A stretch of DNA of 62,662 bases, filler included, from Limisphaerales bacterium (GTDB lineage Bacteria > Verrucomicrobiota > Verrucomicrobiia > Limisphaerales > SIBE01), in assembly GCA_044225505.1 (NCBI GenBank). It is 3 parts of 3 records of this genome, joined end to end, with 100 filler letters (N's around TTAATTAATTAA, not from the genome) between each part and the next. Parts side by side here need not be neighbours in the genome. Positions count along the whole stretch, not along the records: positions 30,066 to 59,489 come from JBGAIN010000098.1; positions 59,590 to 62,662 come from JBGAIN010000326.1; 1 more part is not named here. The stretch is one strand, 5' to 3'. The notes beneath the pieces are model-generated. The model did not search any database. It saw nothing but the letters and a program-made list of their open reading frames with translations, and had not been told where the DNA came from. Position 1 is the first letter of the stretch. Each line of letters starts with the position of its first letter. Positions 51,873 through 62,235 of the stretch are shown piece by piece. The position numbers were made by a program, and so were the translations under genes.

Positions 51873-52224
51873 AGGATCTCTCTTGTTTCTAACGGACTGG
51901 TTCGGGAACCGCATGAAGGTGCTAGGTCCGGGCGGCTTCTGTCAAGGGAGGAGTCAACAAGTCCTTGCGCGCGTCTCTACCCAACCGGGCATCGACGCAT
52001 CCTCGTTCTCTCGAGTGGGAGCAAAGTGACCGCTGATGATCAGCCCACTCCGACGGGAAAACGGACGAGCCGGCACGGCGCCTCGCCCTAACGGTCGAAA
52101 GCGCTTTGTCGATTCTTAACGCTTCATCCGCATCCCGACGCGCCAGCTTTGGTCCATCGCGCTACGGCCGCTTTGATGTCGAAATCTTCTTTGCCTATTT
52201 CACGACTCGCAGTATTTCTCAAAG

Positions 52225-52773
52225 ATGCCCAAGAAAATTCTGATCGTTACGGACGACGCCGGAGAATCATTCGAGATCTTATACGCGCAACACCGCTTTC
52301 GCGAAGCGGGCTATCAACCCGTGATCGCGGCCACGCAAAAGAAGCGGCTCAACGCGGTCATTCACGATTTCTATCCCGGCTGGAATACCTATATCGAGAA
52401 ACCAGGCTATCTCATCGAAAGCGACGTGACCTTCTCGGCCGTCCGCGTCAAAGAGTATGAAGCCGTGCTCTTGATTGGAGGCAGAGCACCGGAGTTCCTT
52501 CGGCATGAGCCCAAGCTCATCAAACTGGTGCAGGAGTTCGAGCGGCAGGACAAATGGATCTTCTCGATTTGTCATGGGATTCAAATCCTGCTCGCGGCGG
52601 GTATTGGCCAGGGCCGGAAATTAACTTGCTATTGCAATGTGCGATTCGAAGTCCAGCAGAGCGGTGGCAAATGGATCAACGAGCAGAGTGTCCGCGATGG
52701 CAAGCTCATCACGGCGCAGACCTGGGAGAGTCATCCTGAATTCTATCGCCAGATCTTCGAAGCGCTCGGATAA
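52225..52773 (+). CDS. DJ-1/PfpI family protein
   Basis: KKILI, E at the conserved site (GESFE), IGGRAPEFLR, SICHG, VRDGKLITA. Confidence 0.92.
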   Translation: MPKKILIVTDDAGESFEILYAQHRFREAGYQPVIAATQKKRLNAVIHDFYPGWNTYIEKPGYLIESDVTFSAVRVKEYEAVLLIGGRAPEFLRHEPKLIKLVQEFERQDKWIFSICHGIQILLAAGIGQGRKLTCYCNVRFEVQQSGGKWINEQSVRDGKLITAQTWESHPEFYRQIFEALG

Positions 52774-53004
52774 GTGCGCTCTCGCCAGAGAGAACCGAGA
52801 AGCACCCAACGTGATAACGCTCGGGCGACGCATCTGAGCGTCGATCCGAGTCATGCCTTGCCTTGCCTTGCGCAGCGTCGCCATACGCCCTCCCGGCGGC
52901 CAATCTCATGGAGGTTCGGAGGTCTGGAGGTCTCGTGTCACCAGAGCAAGTTGTTTGCATCCTAAATGTTGGAGATTTGGCTATCGTTAAAGATAAGGCT
53001 ATGG

Positions 53005-53457
53005 CTAGCTTTTCGGCCCCGTTTTTGATTCGTAAGGTGCTGCCGCCTCGCGCAAGGCCCACACTCCCTCTGGCCCGTGGGCAATCTCGGTTTCCTGCCG
53101 AGACAGGCTGAGCGCTCGCATCCGCTTCACAAAGCCCGGGCTCCCCCACCCCCAGGCTTTCGGTCTAGAAGGGGACCCGACGGACTTGCTCCTGCGCCAA
53201 CGCCTCAGTCGAGCTTGCCTCAACGTTTTTCTGCAAGAACTTCCTGATCGTCGGTTCTCAAGCGCCAGCACAAACGTTCCAGGTCCAACAGACGGCTGCG
53301 TTTGGGCTTTCCCAGAATCTCGTGATATCCCACCCACTGCCAGCCGCACGGACGGCGTACCACACCAACTCGCACCATGTTCAACGCAATGTAGCGAAGC
53401 CAGCGCCACAGGTATGGGCTTTCTTCGACCAGGGCGGCATGGTATTTGTCTCCCCAG
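53005..53457 (-). mobile_element. Degenerate REP-associated tyrosine transposase (RAYT, IS200-like) remnant
   Basis: [38 protein letters not shown]; later F*TESLGVG then SPGFVKR in another frame; N-terminal HUH half absent. Confidence 0.75.
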
Positions 53458-53495
53458 AACGCGAGGCTAACCTTCATCCCCTCCAAAAAATTCCT

Positions 53496-53520
53496 TGTTA
53501 CCAAATGCACCAGAAACCGG
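53496..53520 (+). promoter_or_regulatory. Putative ECF promoter TGTTACC-N14-CCGG
   Basis: TGTTACCaaatgcaccagaaaCCGG, 12 nt before prepilin ATG 53533. Confidence 0.55.
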
Positions 53521-53532
53521 ATGGAAGGGATA

Positions 53533-54402
53533 ATGAAACTACTCGTTCCTGTGCTTGGTTCCGGATACGTCCTACCGCCAGTCCGCCCCGTTGTTGCGCG
53601 CATCAGCAGCGGTCGCCGACTTCGTGCCGCATTCACTCTCGTCGAACTGCTCGTTGTCATCGCGGTCATAGCTATCCTTGCCTCACTCCTTTTGCCGACG
53701 CTAGCCAAGGCAAAAGAAAAGGGTATGGCGATGAGATGCTTAAGCAACCTCAGGCAAATGCAAATCGCCTGGCAGCTCTATTCGACTGATAACAATGACT
53801 GGGTTCCGCCCAACCGCGCTAATCGACTCGGCACTGGCATCGACAAGGATCCCAATATCTCGTGGGTGGCGGGTGAGCTCTATTACGGAAAGTCCGTTCC
53901 CGACAACACGAATGAGGTCTATCTCCGAACCAGTCATCTGGCCCAGTATCTAGGTTACTCCATCGGCGTCTGGAAATGTCCGAGCGATACTACAACCTCA
54001 ACCCATGGTGGCAAAAAATACCCCACTGTGCGGAATGTCACGATGAACGGAGCTGTCGGCTTCGATTACAAGCTGTTGCCGCAATACCAGGTCGTGAATA
54101 AACTTTCGGATATCGGTCCCTTAGAAGCTTCCAACCTGTTCGTTTTCATCGACACAACGCCAGAAAGCACGACGACGGGCCACTTTGGACTCTTCAACTT
54201 TTGGGAAGCTCCTGCCGCCTATCAATGGGCAAGCGTGCCTGCAAGTTTTCACAATCGTGCGGGCACCGTCACGTTTGCCGACGGACATGCGGAGCTGCAC
54301 CGCTGGAAAGACTCGCGCACCTTTAAGAACAAGTTTTTCGACAAATCACCGAACAACCAGGATATCCAATGGTTATACGAACACGGCATCATTCGAAAGT
54401 GA
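53533..54402 (+). CDS. Prepilin-type N-methylation / H-X9-DG domain protein
   Basis: [58 protein letters not shown]. Confidence 0.92.
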   Translation: MKLLVPVLGSGYVLPPVRPVVARISSGRRLRAAFTLVELLVVIAVIAILASLLLPTLAKAKEKGMAMRCLSNLRQMQIAWQLYSTDNNDWVPPNRANRLGTGIDKDPNISWVAGELYYGKSVPDNTNEVYLRTSHLAQYLGYSIGVWKCPSDTTTSTHGGKKYPTVRNVTMNGAVGFDYKLLPQYQVVNKLSDIGPLEASNLFVFIDTTPESTTTGHFGLFNFWEAPAAYQWASVPASFHNRAGTVTFADGHAELHRWKDSRTFKNKFFDKSPNNQDIQWLYEHGIIRK

Positions 54403-54491
54403 TGAGCCCGACGGCGAAGCGAGTGCAGAGCAGCAAACCTCTTGCTATTCAGCAGTAGGCAATTACATCAGTTCGTGTTAAGATCACGAAC

Positions 54492-55229
54492 ATGCAGTCG
54501 AATGGCACGGCGCATAGCCCTTTCTGCACCACGCACTGGAGCCTCGTGGCCGCAGCCAGGCAGTCGGACCATCCAGATTCAGCTCAGGCGCTCGAGGCCC
54601 TCTGCCGCGCTTACTGGCAGCCCGTCTATAGGTTTATCCGACGCAGCGTAACGAACCCGGACGATGCCCGCGATCTGACTCAGGGGTTCTTTGAACATTT
54701 ACTCGAAAACCGGACCTTAGGTCGCGCGGATGCCGATAAAGGCCGGTTCCGTTCCTTTCTGCTCGGGGCGGTGAAATATTTCCTCGCCGACCAACGCGAT
54801 CATCGGGCCGCCTTGAAGCGGGGTGGGCAGATCGAATTTCTACAATTTGACTCCGTCATCGCGGAGTCATGGGCCTCTGGCTCTCTCAGCAGCTCGGCTG
54901 AAACCCAATATGACCGAGACTGGGCTCTGGCCGTTCTCCATCGAGTCCTCCTTCGATTGCGTGAAGAATTTATACTGGCTGGCCGGGAACCGGTCTTTGA
55001 AACGTTGAAGTGCTGCCTGACCGGTGAGAAGAGTGCCGATACTTACGCCAGTCTGGCTCTGAAACTGAATATGACCGAGGGCGCAGTGAAGATGAACGTC
55101 AAAAGAATGCGCGATCGCTTTGCGGCCCTGGTGCGACAGGAGATTTCCCAGACCGTGGCAAACGCCGAGGACCTGGAGGCGGAACTGCGGGTGTTTGTAG
55201 GTGCACTGATCGCCAAAGGCAGCCTTTGA
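54492..55229 (+). CDS. ECF sigma factor (FxTTHWS N-terminal type, kinase-associated)
   Basis: FCTTHWSLV, ALEALCRAYWQPVY, DARDLTQGFF, GRFRSFLL, KRGG, YASLALKLNMTEGAVK. Confidence 0.9.
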   Translation: MQSNGTAHSPFCTTHWSLVAAARQSDHPDSAQALEALCRAYWQPVYRFIRRSVTNPDDARDLTQGFFEHLLENRTLGRADADKGRFRSFLLGAVKYFLADQRDHRAALKRGGQIEFLQFDSVIAESWASGSLSSSAETQYDRDWALAVLHRVLLRLREEFILAGREPVFETLKCCLTGEKSADTYASLALKLNMTEGAVKMNVKRMRDRFAALVRQEISQTVANAEDLEAELRVFVGALIAKGSL

Positions 55230-55305
55230 CAAATACCTGAACCTCCGTCGGCGGCCACCTACTAGCCTGCTGGACTGGCAAGATCGCATTTTTCTCGATT
55301 GAATC

Positions 55306-55330
55306 TGTTACCTCTCCGTGCAGTTTCCGG
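55306..55330 (+). promoter_or_regulatory. Putative ECF promoter TGTTACC-N14-CCGG
   Basis: TGTTACCtctccgtgcagtttCCGG, 27 nt before kinase ATG 55358. Confidence 0.55.
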
Positions 55331-55357
55331 AGTAGCCGATCAAGAATACAACGCTTC

Positions 55358-58300
55358 ATGCAGCACCAGGCATTAGGTTCAGCCAGAACTTGCCCCGATT
55401 GCGAGCAGCCGATTTCGCCCGCTGCTCCAGAAGGCCTCTGCCCTGGCTGCCTCGTTAGGTCCAGTTGTTCGAAGTTGCTGTTGCCTTCTCCCGGGGTCGA
55501 GAACTTCGCTGGCCAGCGGTCATTCGGTGATTACGAACTGCTTGAGGAATTCGGCCGAGGCGGGTGCGGAGTTGTCTTCAAAGCAAGGCAATATGGACTC
55601 AATCGGACCGTCGCCTTAAAGCTGCTGGCAAGTGGTCCAGCTTCTTCCCGGGACTTTGTCCACCGCTTTCACACCGAGGCGGCAGCGGCCGCACACTTGG
55701 AGCACCCGAATATTGTCCCTATCTACGAGTTTGGAGAACACGAAGGAGCCTACTTCCTGGCCATGCGCTTCCTTGAGGGGGGCACCCTCGCCATGCGGAT
55801 ATCCCGATCTCGCCCGACTCCAGCGGAGGCTGCTCGTTGCCTCCTCGCGCTCGCGCACGCTCTCGAGCATGCGCACCGGTCCGGCATTCTGCATCGCGAT
55901 CTAAAACCAGGGAACGTTTTGCTCGACAGCGCGGGCAACCCGTTTCTGTGTGATTTCGGTTTAGCGCGAATCCTGAATGAGGATAGCGCGCTGACCGTCA
56001 CTCATTCGATTCTCGGAACGGTCGCCTACCTGCCGCCCGAAATTGCCGCGCGAGGTGCGGGCGCAGCAACCACCGCCAGCGACATTTACGGGCTGGGCGG
56101 TATTCTTTACGAACTGCTCACCGGCCAGCCTCCTTTTCAGAAAGGCACTCCTCCGGCGACTCTCCGAGCCATCGCTGAAGAGCCCCCCGTACCTCCGCGT
56201 GAACTCGCTCCCGAAACCCCGCTCGACCTACAGACGATTTGTCTCAAATGCCTGGAAAAAGATCCTGCCAAGCGTTATTCCTCAGCTCAAGATCTCGGCG
56301 ACGACCTAGGCCGTTTCTTGAAAAACGAGCCGATCGCCGCCCGACCGACCGCCCGCACCGAACGCCTTTTCCGCTGGGCTCAGCGGAATCCCGCACTCGC
56401 CATTGCGAACGCTGTCCTTTTCTTACTCCTGGTCGTCATTCTCGTTGGTTCCCCTCTCGCCATTTACCGCATCAAAACTGAAGCGGAACACGCCCGCGGC
56501 GAAACGTTGCGAGCCAAACGAAATTCCTATGCCGCGGACATGCGATCGACGGAAGCAGCTGTGACCGAGGGTAACTTGTTAACCGCTTTCGAACTCTTGA
56601 AACGGCATGAGCCGAAACCCGGAGAAACCGATCAGCGCGGTTGGGAATGGCGCTACTATCAGGCGCAAACGAAGGGCGAACAGATCGCAGTCGTTGGACG
56701 CCACGAGCAAGGTTACGTAACCGCTGTGGGTTTTCTCGCCGATGGCAAACGGGCTTGGTCCGCCGGCGAAGACAAGACGATCCGGATCTGGGACATCGCC
56801 ACTGGCAAGGAACTCGATCGATTCGAGCAGGAAGCCCAGATTTATGACGCCGCTCTTTCACCCGATGGCAAAACTCTGACGATGATACTCGGTCGAGCCT
56901 ATTGGCCCGGCAACTACCCTGTTAAGTCGCTCGATCTATCGCGTCGTGAACCCGCAGCGCTTCTGGCCACAAGTTACTTCCCCCGGCAAACGATCCTCTA
57001 CTCCCCCGACGGTCGATACGTGGCTTTCCAAGAGGTGAGTGATGGCCTCCGAGTGTTTGAGACGGATACAAAGCAGGAGACCCGTTTCAAAACCTTTCGA
57101 GACAAGAGGAGCCCACTGGGCTTTGCCTTTGGTCCTGATCTAATGGCCTACGCCTACGATCGCTCCGGCTCGATCCGTCTCTACAGTCTTAGCGCCAAGA
57201 CCAATATCGCCACCTTGGAAGGGCATTCGGATGTGGTAGAGAGCCTCGCTTTCTCACCCGACGGGCGACGACTGGCGTCCGCATCTCTAGATCACTCCTT
57301 CCGTTTTTGGGACGTCCAAACGCACCAGGAGATTCTTAATTTACCCAACCCCAATCGTGACGTATGGCCGATCGTTTTTTCACCCGCCGGCGATGTCTAC
57401 GCGACGATCGACTCTCAGCTGAGGCTTTGGGATTCGAAAACAGGAACGGTTACTCGAGAATTTCGTGGCCATATCGGCAGCGTGAATAACGTCAAGTTCT
57501 CGCCAGATGGCAGTCGCCTGCTAAGCTGCGGCACGGATGGAACCCTGCGGCTGTGGGAAACGCACCCAACAGCGGTTCAGGGGAATTCACTCGCTTTGCC
57601 AAAGGATTTGCTGCTCACCGGAAATCGCGGGCAACTCTTCAGCCTCTCGCCAAACGGCCAACACCTCATCACTGTTTTCAAAGATGGCACGTTTAGCGTT
57701 TGGAACACCACAAACTTTCATCAAAGCAAGCGGTACTCGCTAGGCACCTCTAATATCAATCAAGAAGCGATCGCGGCCAATGGCCGCCTCGCCGCCTTTG
57801 TAACCCAAGGATCGCTCAGTAATCGAGAACTACTCCTGTTCGATATCGACCAGGAACGGGAAGTGGGTCGAAAAAATCTTCTTCCCATGGACGGGCGAAT
57901 CGCTTTTTCTCCTGATACGCAGTCAATCGCTGTCGGCTCATGGCCTTCCGTCCAAGTTTTTAACCTAAAAACTCTGCAGGAAACTCACAGTCTGAATTGT
58001 AGCGAGCCAACCGTCGCCAAAGATCTGCTGCATGGACTCACCTTCTCGGCCGACAGTAAGAAGGTTGCCGGCGTCGGCAGTATTGGTGCTGTTTATGTCT
58101 GGGACCTTTCTATCAGTAACTCTCGGGAAATCTTCCGTTTAAGTGATTGCGTGCTCAAAAGTGTCGCCTTTGCACCGAACGATTCGTCGCTTTTTGCTGG
58201 AGGTTGGGGGCCGGACTGCAACGGACTCTTCGACATGGCAACGCATCGTCCTCTCCCACAACTGACCCCTAATCCGGGAGGAGTCCTGGCCATCGCGTAC

Positions 58301-58519
58301 TCACCTGACGGAACAACGCTCGCATTGAGTGGCGGCGACACGATCTCTCTTAGGAACTGCCAGTCTTATGAACTCACCGGACATCTACGCGGCCATCGCC
58401 AGGAAATATTTGAACTAGCCTTCTTGCCCGATAATCGCTCGCTCGTCTCCGTCAGTTACGACGAACTGCGTCTTTGGCAAGCATCGGACGACAAGGGACG
58501 TGAGTCGATCAGAAGGTAG
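55358..58519 (+). CDS. Hanks-type Ser/Thr kinase with N-terminal Cys4 finger, TM helix and WD40 propellers
   Basis: CPDC..CPGC; GRGGCGVV, VALK, HRDLKPGN, DFG, YLPPE; TM AVLFLLLVVILVG; GWEWRY; many GH..FSPDG..WD repeats. Confidence 0.95.
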   Translation: MQHQALGSARTCPDCEQPISPAAPEGLCPGCLVRSSCSKLLLPSPGVENFAGQRSFGDYELLEEFGRGGCGVVFKARQYGLNRTVALKLLASGPASSRDFVHRFHTEAAAAAHLEHPNIVPIYEFGEHEGAYFLAMRFLEGGTLAMRISRSRPTPAEAARCLLALAHALEHAHRSGILHRDLKPGNVLLDSAGNPFLCDFGLARILNEDSALTVTHSILGTVAYLPPEIAARGAGAATTASDIYGLGGILYELLTGQPPFQKGTPPATLRAIAEEPPVPPRELAPETPLDLQTICLKCLEKDPAKRYSSAQDLGDDLGRFLKNEPIAARPTARTERLFRWAQRNPALAIANAVLFLLLVVILVGSPLAIYRIKTEAEHARGETLRAKRNSYAADMRSTEAAVTEGNLLTAFELLKRHEPKPGETDQRGWEWRYYQAQTKGEQIAVVGRHEQGYVTAVGFLADGKRAWSAGEDKTIRIWDIATGKELDRFEQEAQIYDAALSPDGKTLTMILGRAYWPGNYPVKSLDLSRREPAALLATSYFPRQTILYSPDGRYVAFQEVSDGLRVFETDTKQETRFKTFRDKRSPLGFAFGPDLMAYAYDRSGSIRLYSLSAKTNIATLEGHSDVVESLAFSPDGRRLASASLDHSFRFWDVQTHQEILNLPNPNRDVWPIVFSPAGDVYATIDSQLRLWDSKTGTVTREFRGHIGSVNNVKFSPDGSRLLSCGTDGTLRLWETHPTAVQGNSLALPKDLLLTGNRGQLFSLSPNGQHLITVFKDGTFSVWNTTNFHQSKRYSLGTSNINQEAIAANGRLAAFVTQGSLSNRELLLFDIDQEREVGRKNLLPMDGRIAFSPDTQSIAVGSWPSVQVFNLKTLQETHSLNCSEPTVAKDLLHGLTFSADSKKVAGVGSIGAVYVWDLSISNSREIFRLSDCVLKSVAFAPNDSSLFAGGWGPDCNGLFDMATHRPLPQLTPNPGGVLAIAYSPDGTTLALSGGDTISLRNCQSYELTGHLRGHRQEIFELAFLPDNRSLVSVSYDELRLWQASDDKGRESIRR

Positions 58520-58812
58520 TTCGCACTCAGGAAATCCGAAGCCTGAGCAAAGTGCATTGGTATTTTCTGCCCGACAGCAATATTGCTTTCTGCGCGTCTG
58601 ACCCTTTTTCATGGTCACCTGCCTCGACTCATCACGGGGTAAATTGCTCCCGGATATTGCTCCCTCGGCATTCCAAGAAGCTCCCGCTGCCTTGCCTCAA
58701 GCGTCAAGACCCTTATTGAAATCTGCGGGGTTGACCCTGCCGGGTCTCCGTTGACGAGGTTTGAACGGGTTTGGCTGGCGGCACGGGGCGGCCGGTGCTA
58801 CCCTGCGGGCTA

Positions 58813-59349
58813 ATGGGCCTCATTACGGAAAGTGCAGGGCAACCTGCTGAGAACCTGCTACCTCTCGTCTACGAGGAATTGCGCCGATTGGCAGCAGCCA
58901 AGCTGGCCAACGAATCGGGGACTCAGACTTTGCAGCCGACCGCGCTGGTTCACGAAGCGTGGCTACGATTGAACGGCCCGAGCCAAAAGCCGTGGCAGAA
59001 CCAGTCCCACTTCTTTTCCGCCGCTGCGGAGGCCATGCGACGCATACTGATCGAGCGGGCGCGGCGTCGCGCGCGGTTCAAACATGGCGCAGGCGCATCA
59101 CACGTGGACATTTCTGGGATCGAGCTGCCAGACGGGGGGCGGGACGAGAGTTTGCTCGCCATCAATGAAGCTTTGGGGCAGCTGGAGAAAACAGATCCCG
59201 CGAAGGCGCGCGTCGTTCTATTGAAGTTCTTCGGCGGACTGACGAATGCGGAAGTAGCGGAGACCCTCGGAGTGAGGGAACGCAGCATTGAACGGCAGTG
59301 GGCTTTCGCCAAGGTCTGGCTATTGCGGGCTATGCGCGCGGATTCTTGA
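58813..59349 (+). CDS. ECF sigma factor, TIGR02999-like
   Basis: LLPLVYEELRRLAA, TLQPTALVHEAWLRL, HFFSAAAEAMRRILIE, FFGGL, WAFAKVWL. Confidence 0.93.
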   Translation: MGLITESAGQPAENLLPLVYEELRRLAAAKLANESGTQTLQPTALVHEAWLRLNGPSQKPWQNQSHFFSAAAEAMRRILIERARRRARFKHGAGASHVDISGIELPDGGRDESLLAINEALGQLEKTDPAKARVVLLKFFGGLTNAEVAETLGVRERSIERQWAFAKVWLLRAMRADS

Positions 59350-59489
59350 ATCAGCAGAAGCGCGTGGACCGCTGTCGGGTTTTGGCCCTTCCTGGCGCAT
59401 TGGAGAGAGCGAAGGGGAATTATTCAGATCAGGTTAACCACGAGAAACGAAAAACAGGAAATTCGAAAACTGGCGCTCAAATTCGGCTC

Positions 59490-59589
59490 NNNNNNNNNNN
59501 NNNNNNNNNNNNNNNNNNNNNNNNNNNNNNNNNTTAATTAATTAANNNNNNNNNNNNNNNNNNNNNNNNNNNNNNNNNNNNNNNNNNNN
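59490..59589. other. Artificial contig spacer N44-TTAATTAATTAA-N44
   Basis: Linker at 59534-59545. Confidence 0.97.
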
Positions 59590-60289
59590 CGTCGCCGACG
59601 CCTCTCACGAGTTGCGCACGCCACTTGCGGTGTTACGGGGCGAAATCGAAGGTGTGGTGACTGGGAATCATCTCAGCCCGGAAACCCGCGAAACGCTCGG
59701 GAGCAACCTGGAGGAGGTCGATCGACTCGGGAAAATTGTGGAAGGACTGTTCGCTCTCTCCCGCCTGGACGCGGGTGAGGCGCATAGCGAAACCGTCCGT
59801 TTCGATCTCGCGGCGCTCGCGGCCACCACCACCGAACAAATGTGTCTTCTAGCCGAGGACAAAGATATTTCACTTCGATGTGAATCAAAGTCGCCCGTCT
59901 TCGTCGAAGGTGATCGAGCCCGGTTGAAGCAGGTTATAGTGAACCTCGTTGATAACGCTATTAAGTACACACAAGCGGGAGGAAGTGTCAGAGTGCGCAT
60001 TTATAAAGAGAGCTCCGAAGCTATTCTGGAAATAACGGATAACGGCATCGGAATTCCTAGAGACGCAGTACCCTACATTTTTGAACGCTTCTATAGAGTG
60101 GACAAAGCCAGATCTCGCGATCAGGGCGGCGCGGGATTAGGCCTGTCCATTGTCAAATCCATCTGCCATGCCCATTCGGGGAAGGTGACGGTGGAATCCC
60201 GCGAAGGTATCGGCAGTACCTTCCGGGTGCATCTGCCTTTGGCACGAGAAGAAGCAATAGTCCCAGTTTATGATTCTAGAGAAAGATAG
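59590..60289 (+). CDS. Sensor histidine kinase, C-terminal part (CusS/heavy-metal-sensor-like)
   Basis: VADASHELRTPL H-box, NLVDNAIKYT, DNGIGI, FERFYRVD, GAGLGLSI. Confidence 0.93.
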
Positions 60290-61532
60290 TGCTCACAACG
60301 CCGCCTCAGCGCCAGTGGTGGAAAGCTCCGTCGAAACTGCCAGCCATAAAGCACTATGGCGGACGATGCTGATGGTGGCTGTCCTCCTTTTGGCCGCCGG
60401 ACTGTTCTTCTGGCCGAGAAAGACCCACGCCGTGGCCGCAGAGGGTGCGACTGGCGCACCGCCTGTCGTCGCAGCCAGTCCGGTCACGCGCGAGGAGATC
60501 GCACGCGAAATCGTTTTCGATTCGGAACTGCGTCCTTACCAGGAAATTGACCTCCACGCCAAGGTGGCGGGCTACGTGCAAACGATCAATGTGGACGTGG
60601 GTGATCACGTGAAGGAAGGGCAAGTCATTGCGCAACTGGAACTGCCCGAAGTGGAGCACGAACTGGAGCGCGCCCTCGCCACTCAACGTCGTGCCTCGCA
60701 ACAAATCCGTCGTGCCCAGGCAACCTGGGACGATGCGCATGTAAGCCTTGACCGCATGGCGGCTGTGGAAAAAGCACAACCGAATCTCATCGCTCAGCAG
60801 GACATCGACAGCGCGACCGCGAAAGAACGGGGTGCCGAAGCTGACCTGGCGGCAGCCAAAGAACAGGAAAGTGGCGCGACGGCAGAAGTGAACAAGCTAA
60901 AAACAATGCTTCAATACGCTCGCATTACAGCTCCTTTCGACGGCGTCGTAACAAAGCGTTACGCGGATAAAGGTGCTCTCATCCAGGCGGGCACCTCCTC
61001 GAGCACGCAGGCCATGCCGCTCATCCGGCTTTCCCAGAATAGTTTTCTCCGGCTGATTTTTCCCGTTTCCGCTTCATTTGTTTCCGCCATCAAGCAGGGG
61101 GATCCGGTCGAGGTTTCTATCCCAGGCCTAAACCGAAAAGTGCGAGCGAACATCACTCGTTCTTCACAGAAGGTGGATTTCTCGACACGCACCATGGAAA
61201 CCGAGGTCGATATCGAAAATGCGGACTATTCGCTTATACCGGGTATGTATGCCTCGGTGACCGTCAAGGTCGAACGGAAAGAGAACGCCGTGGTAGCTCC
61301 AATCACAACTATAGCGCGTAAAGGTGAGTCAGCGACTGTCTACCTCATCAAGAAGGACGGCACCCTTGAGGAAAGAGCGGTAAAATTGGGCCTCGAATCC
61401 CCGTTCAAAATCGAAATCCTTTCTGGTGTCAGTGAAGGTGATATGTTGCTGGTGGGCAATCGCACCGGGGTGAAGCCCGGGCAACATGTCACCCCCAAGG
61501 TAGTTTCCACAGATCCAATTCCCCTATCTTGA
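60270..61532 (+). CDS. RND efflux periplasmic adaptor (MFP)
   Basis: N-terminal TM; AKVAGYV..VDVGDHVKEGQ, ITAPFDGVV, TRTM..EVD..N, LIPGMYA. Confidence 0.93.
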   Translation: MILEKDSAHNAASAPVVESSVETASHKALWRTMLMVAVLLLAAGLFFWPRKTHAVAAEGATGAPPVVAASPVTREEIAREIVFDSELRPYQEIDLHAKVAGYVQTINVDVGDHVKEGQVIAQLELPEVEHELERALATQRRASQQIRRAQATWDDAHVSLDRMAAVEKAQPNLIAQQDIDSATAKERGAEADLAAAKEQESGATAEVNKLKTMLQYARITAPFDGVVTKRYADKGALIQAGTSSSTQAMPLIRLSQNSFLRLIFPVSASFVSAIKQGDPVEVSIPGLNRKVRANITRSSQKVDFSTRTMETEVDIENADYSLIPGMYASVTVKVERKENAVVAPITTIARKGESATVYLIKKDGTLEERAVKLGLESPFKIEILSGVSEGDMLLVGNRTGVKPGQHVTPKVVSTDPIPLS

Positions 61533-61533
61533 T

Positions 61534-62223
61534 ATGTTGCTTGCCCCACCTGAGTTGAAGGAACTCAAAAGACTCAGCAGTTGCGCTGTGGCCAACGCCA
61601 TTGAATCGTTGGGAGTCCGTCTTCGAAATGAAGGCTTCACCGACGGCTCCATCCGCCGCTTCACAACGAACGAAGAGCCTGCAGTCGGTTATGCCGCCAC
61701 AATAAAGATTCGGTCCTCTTCGCCTCCAATCGATGCGCCAAGCTACTTAGAGAGGACTCAATGGTGGGACTACATTCTGAGCGTTCCAGAACCGCGCTTT
61801 CTCGTCATTCAAGACGTTGACCTCACTCCGGGAACGGGCGCACTCGTTGGTGAAGTCCATGCGGAGATTCTTCGCGCATTGCATTGCGAGGCTGTCGCGA
61901 CAAATGGCGCAGTTCGCGACATTCCGGAAGTCAGCCGAATCGGGTTCTCTCTTTTTGGAGGATGTCTTTCGGTCTCCCATGCATATAGTCACATTGTCGA
62001 GGCCGGCAGCCCAGTCGAAATTGGAGGCCTCACAGTTTCTCCGGGAGACTTATTGCATGGAGACTGTCACGGTATCGTCTCTGTACCGCGAGATCGCGTG
62101 GTAGATGTGCTCAAAGGCGCGATTCGCCTTCAGCAACAAGAACGTGAGCTCATCAAGTTTTGTCGCGAGCCAGATTTTTCGATCGAACGGCTGCGCGAAG
62201 CCGTGCGCAAAACTCGACGCTAG
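61534..62223 (+). CDS. RraA-like / HMG-CHA aldolase family protein
   Basis: VANAIE, VGYAAT, LVGEV, TNGAVRDIPE, VEIGGLTVSPGDLLHGDCHG. Confidence 0.88.
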   Translation: MLLAPPELKELKRLSSCAVANAIESLGVRLRNEGFTDGSIRRFTTNEEPAVGYAATIKIRSSSPPIDAPSYLERTQWWDYILSVPEPRFLVIQDVDLTPGTGALVGEVHAEILRALHCEAVATNGAVRDIPEVSRIGFSLFGGCLSVSHAYSHIVEAGSPVEIGGLTVSPGDLLHGDCHGIVSVPRDRVVDVLKGAIRLQQQERELIKFCREPDFSIERLREAVRKTRR

Positions 62224-62235
62224 TGCTAGTTTCCT

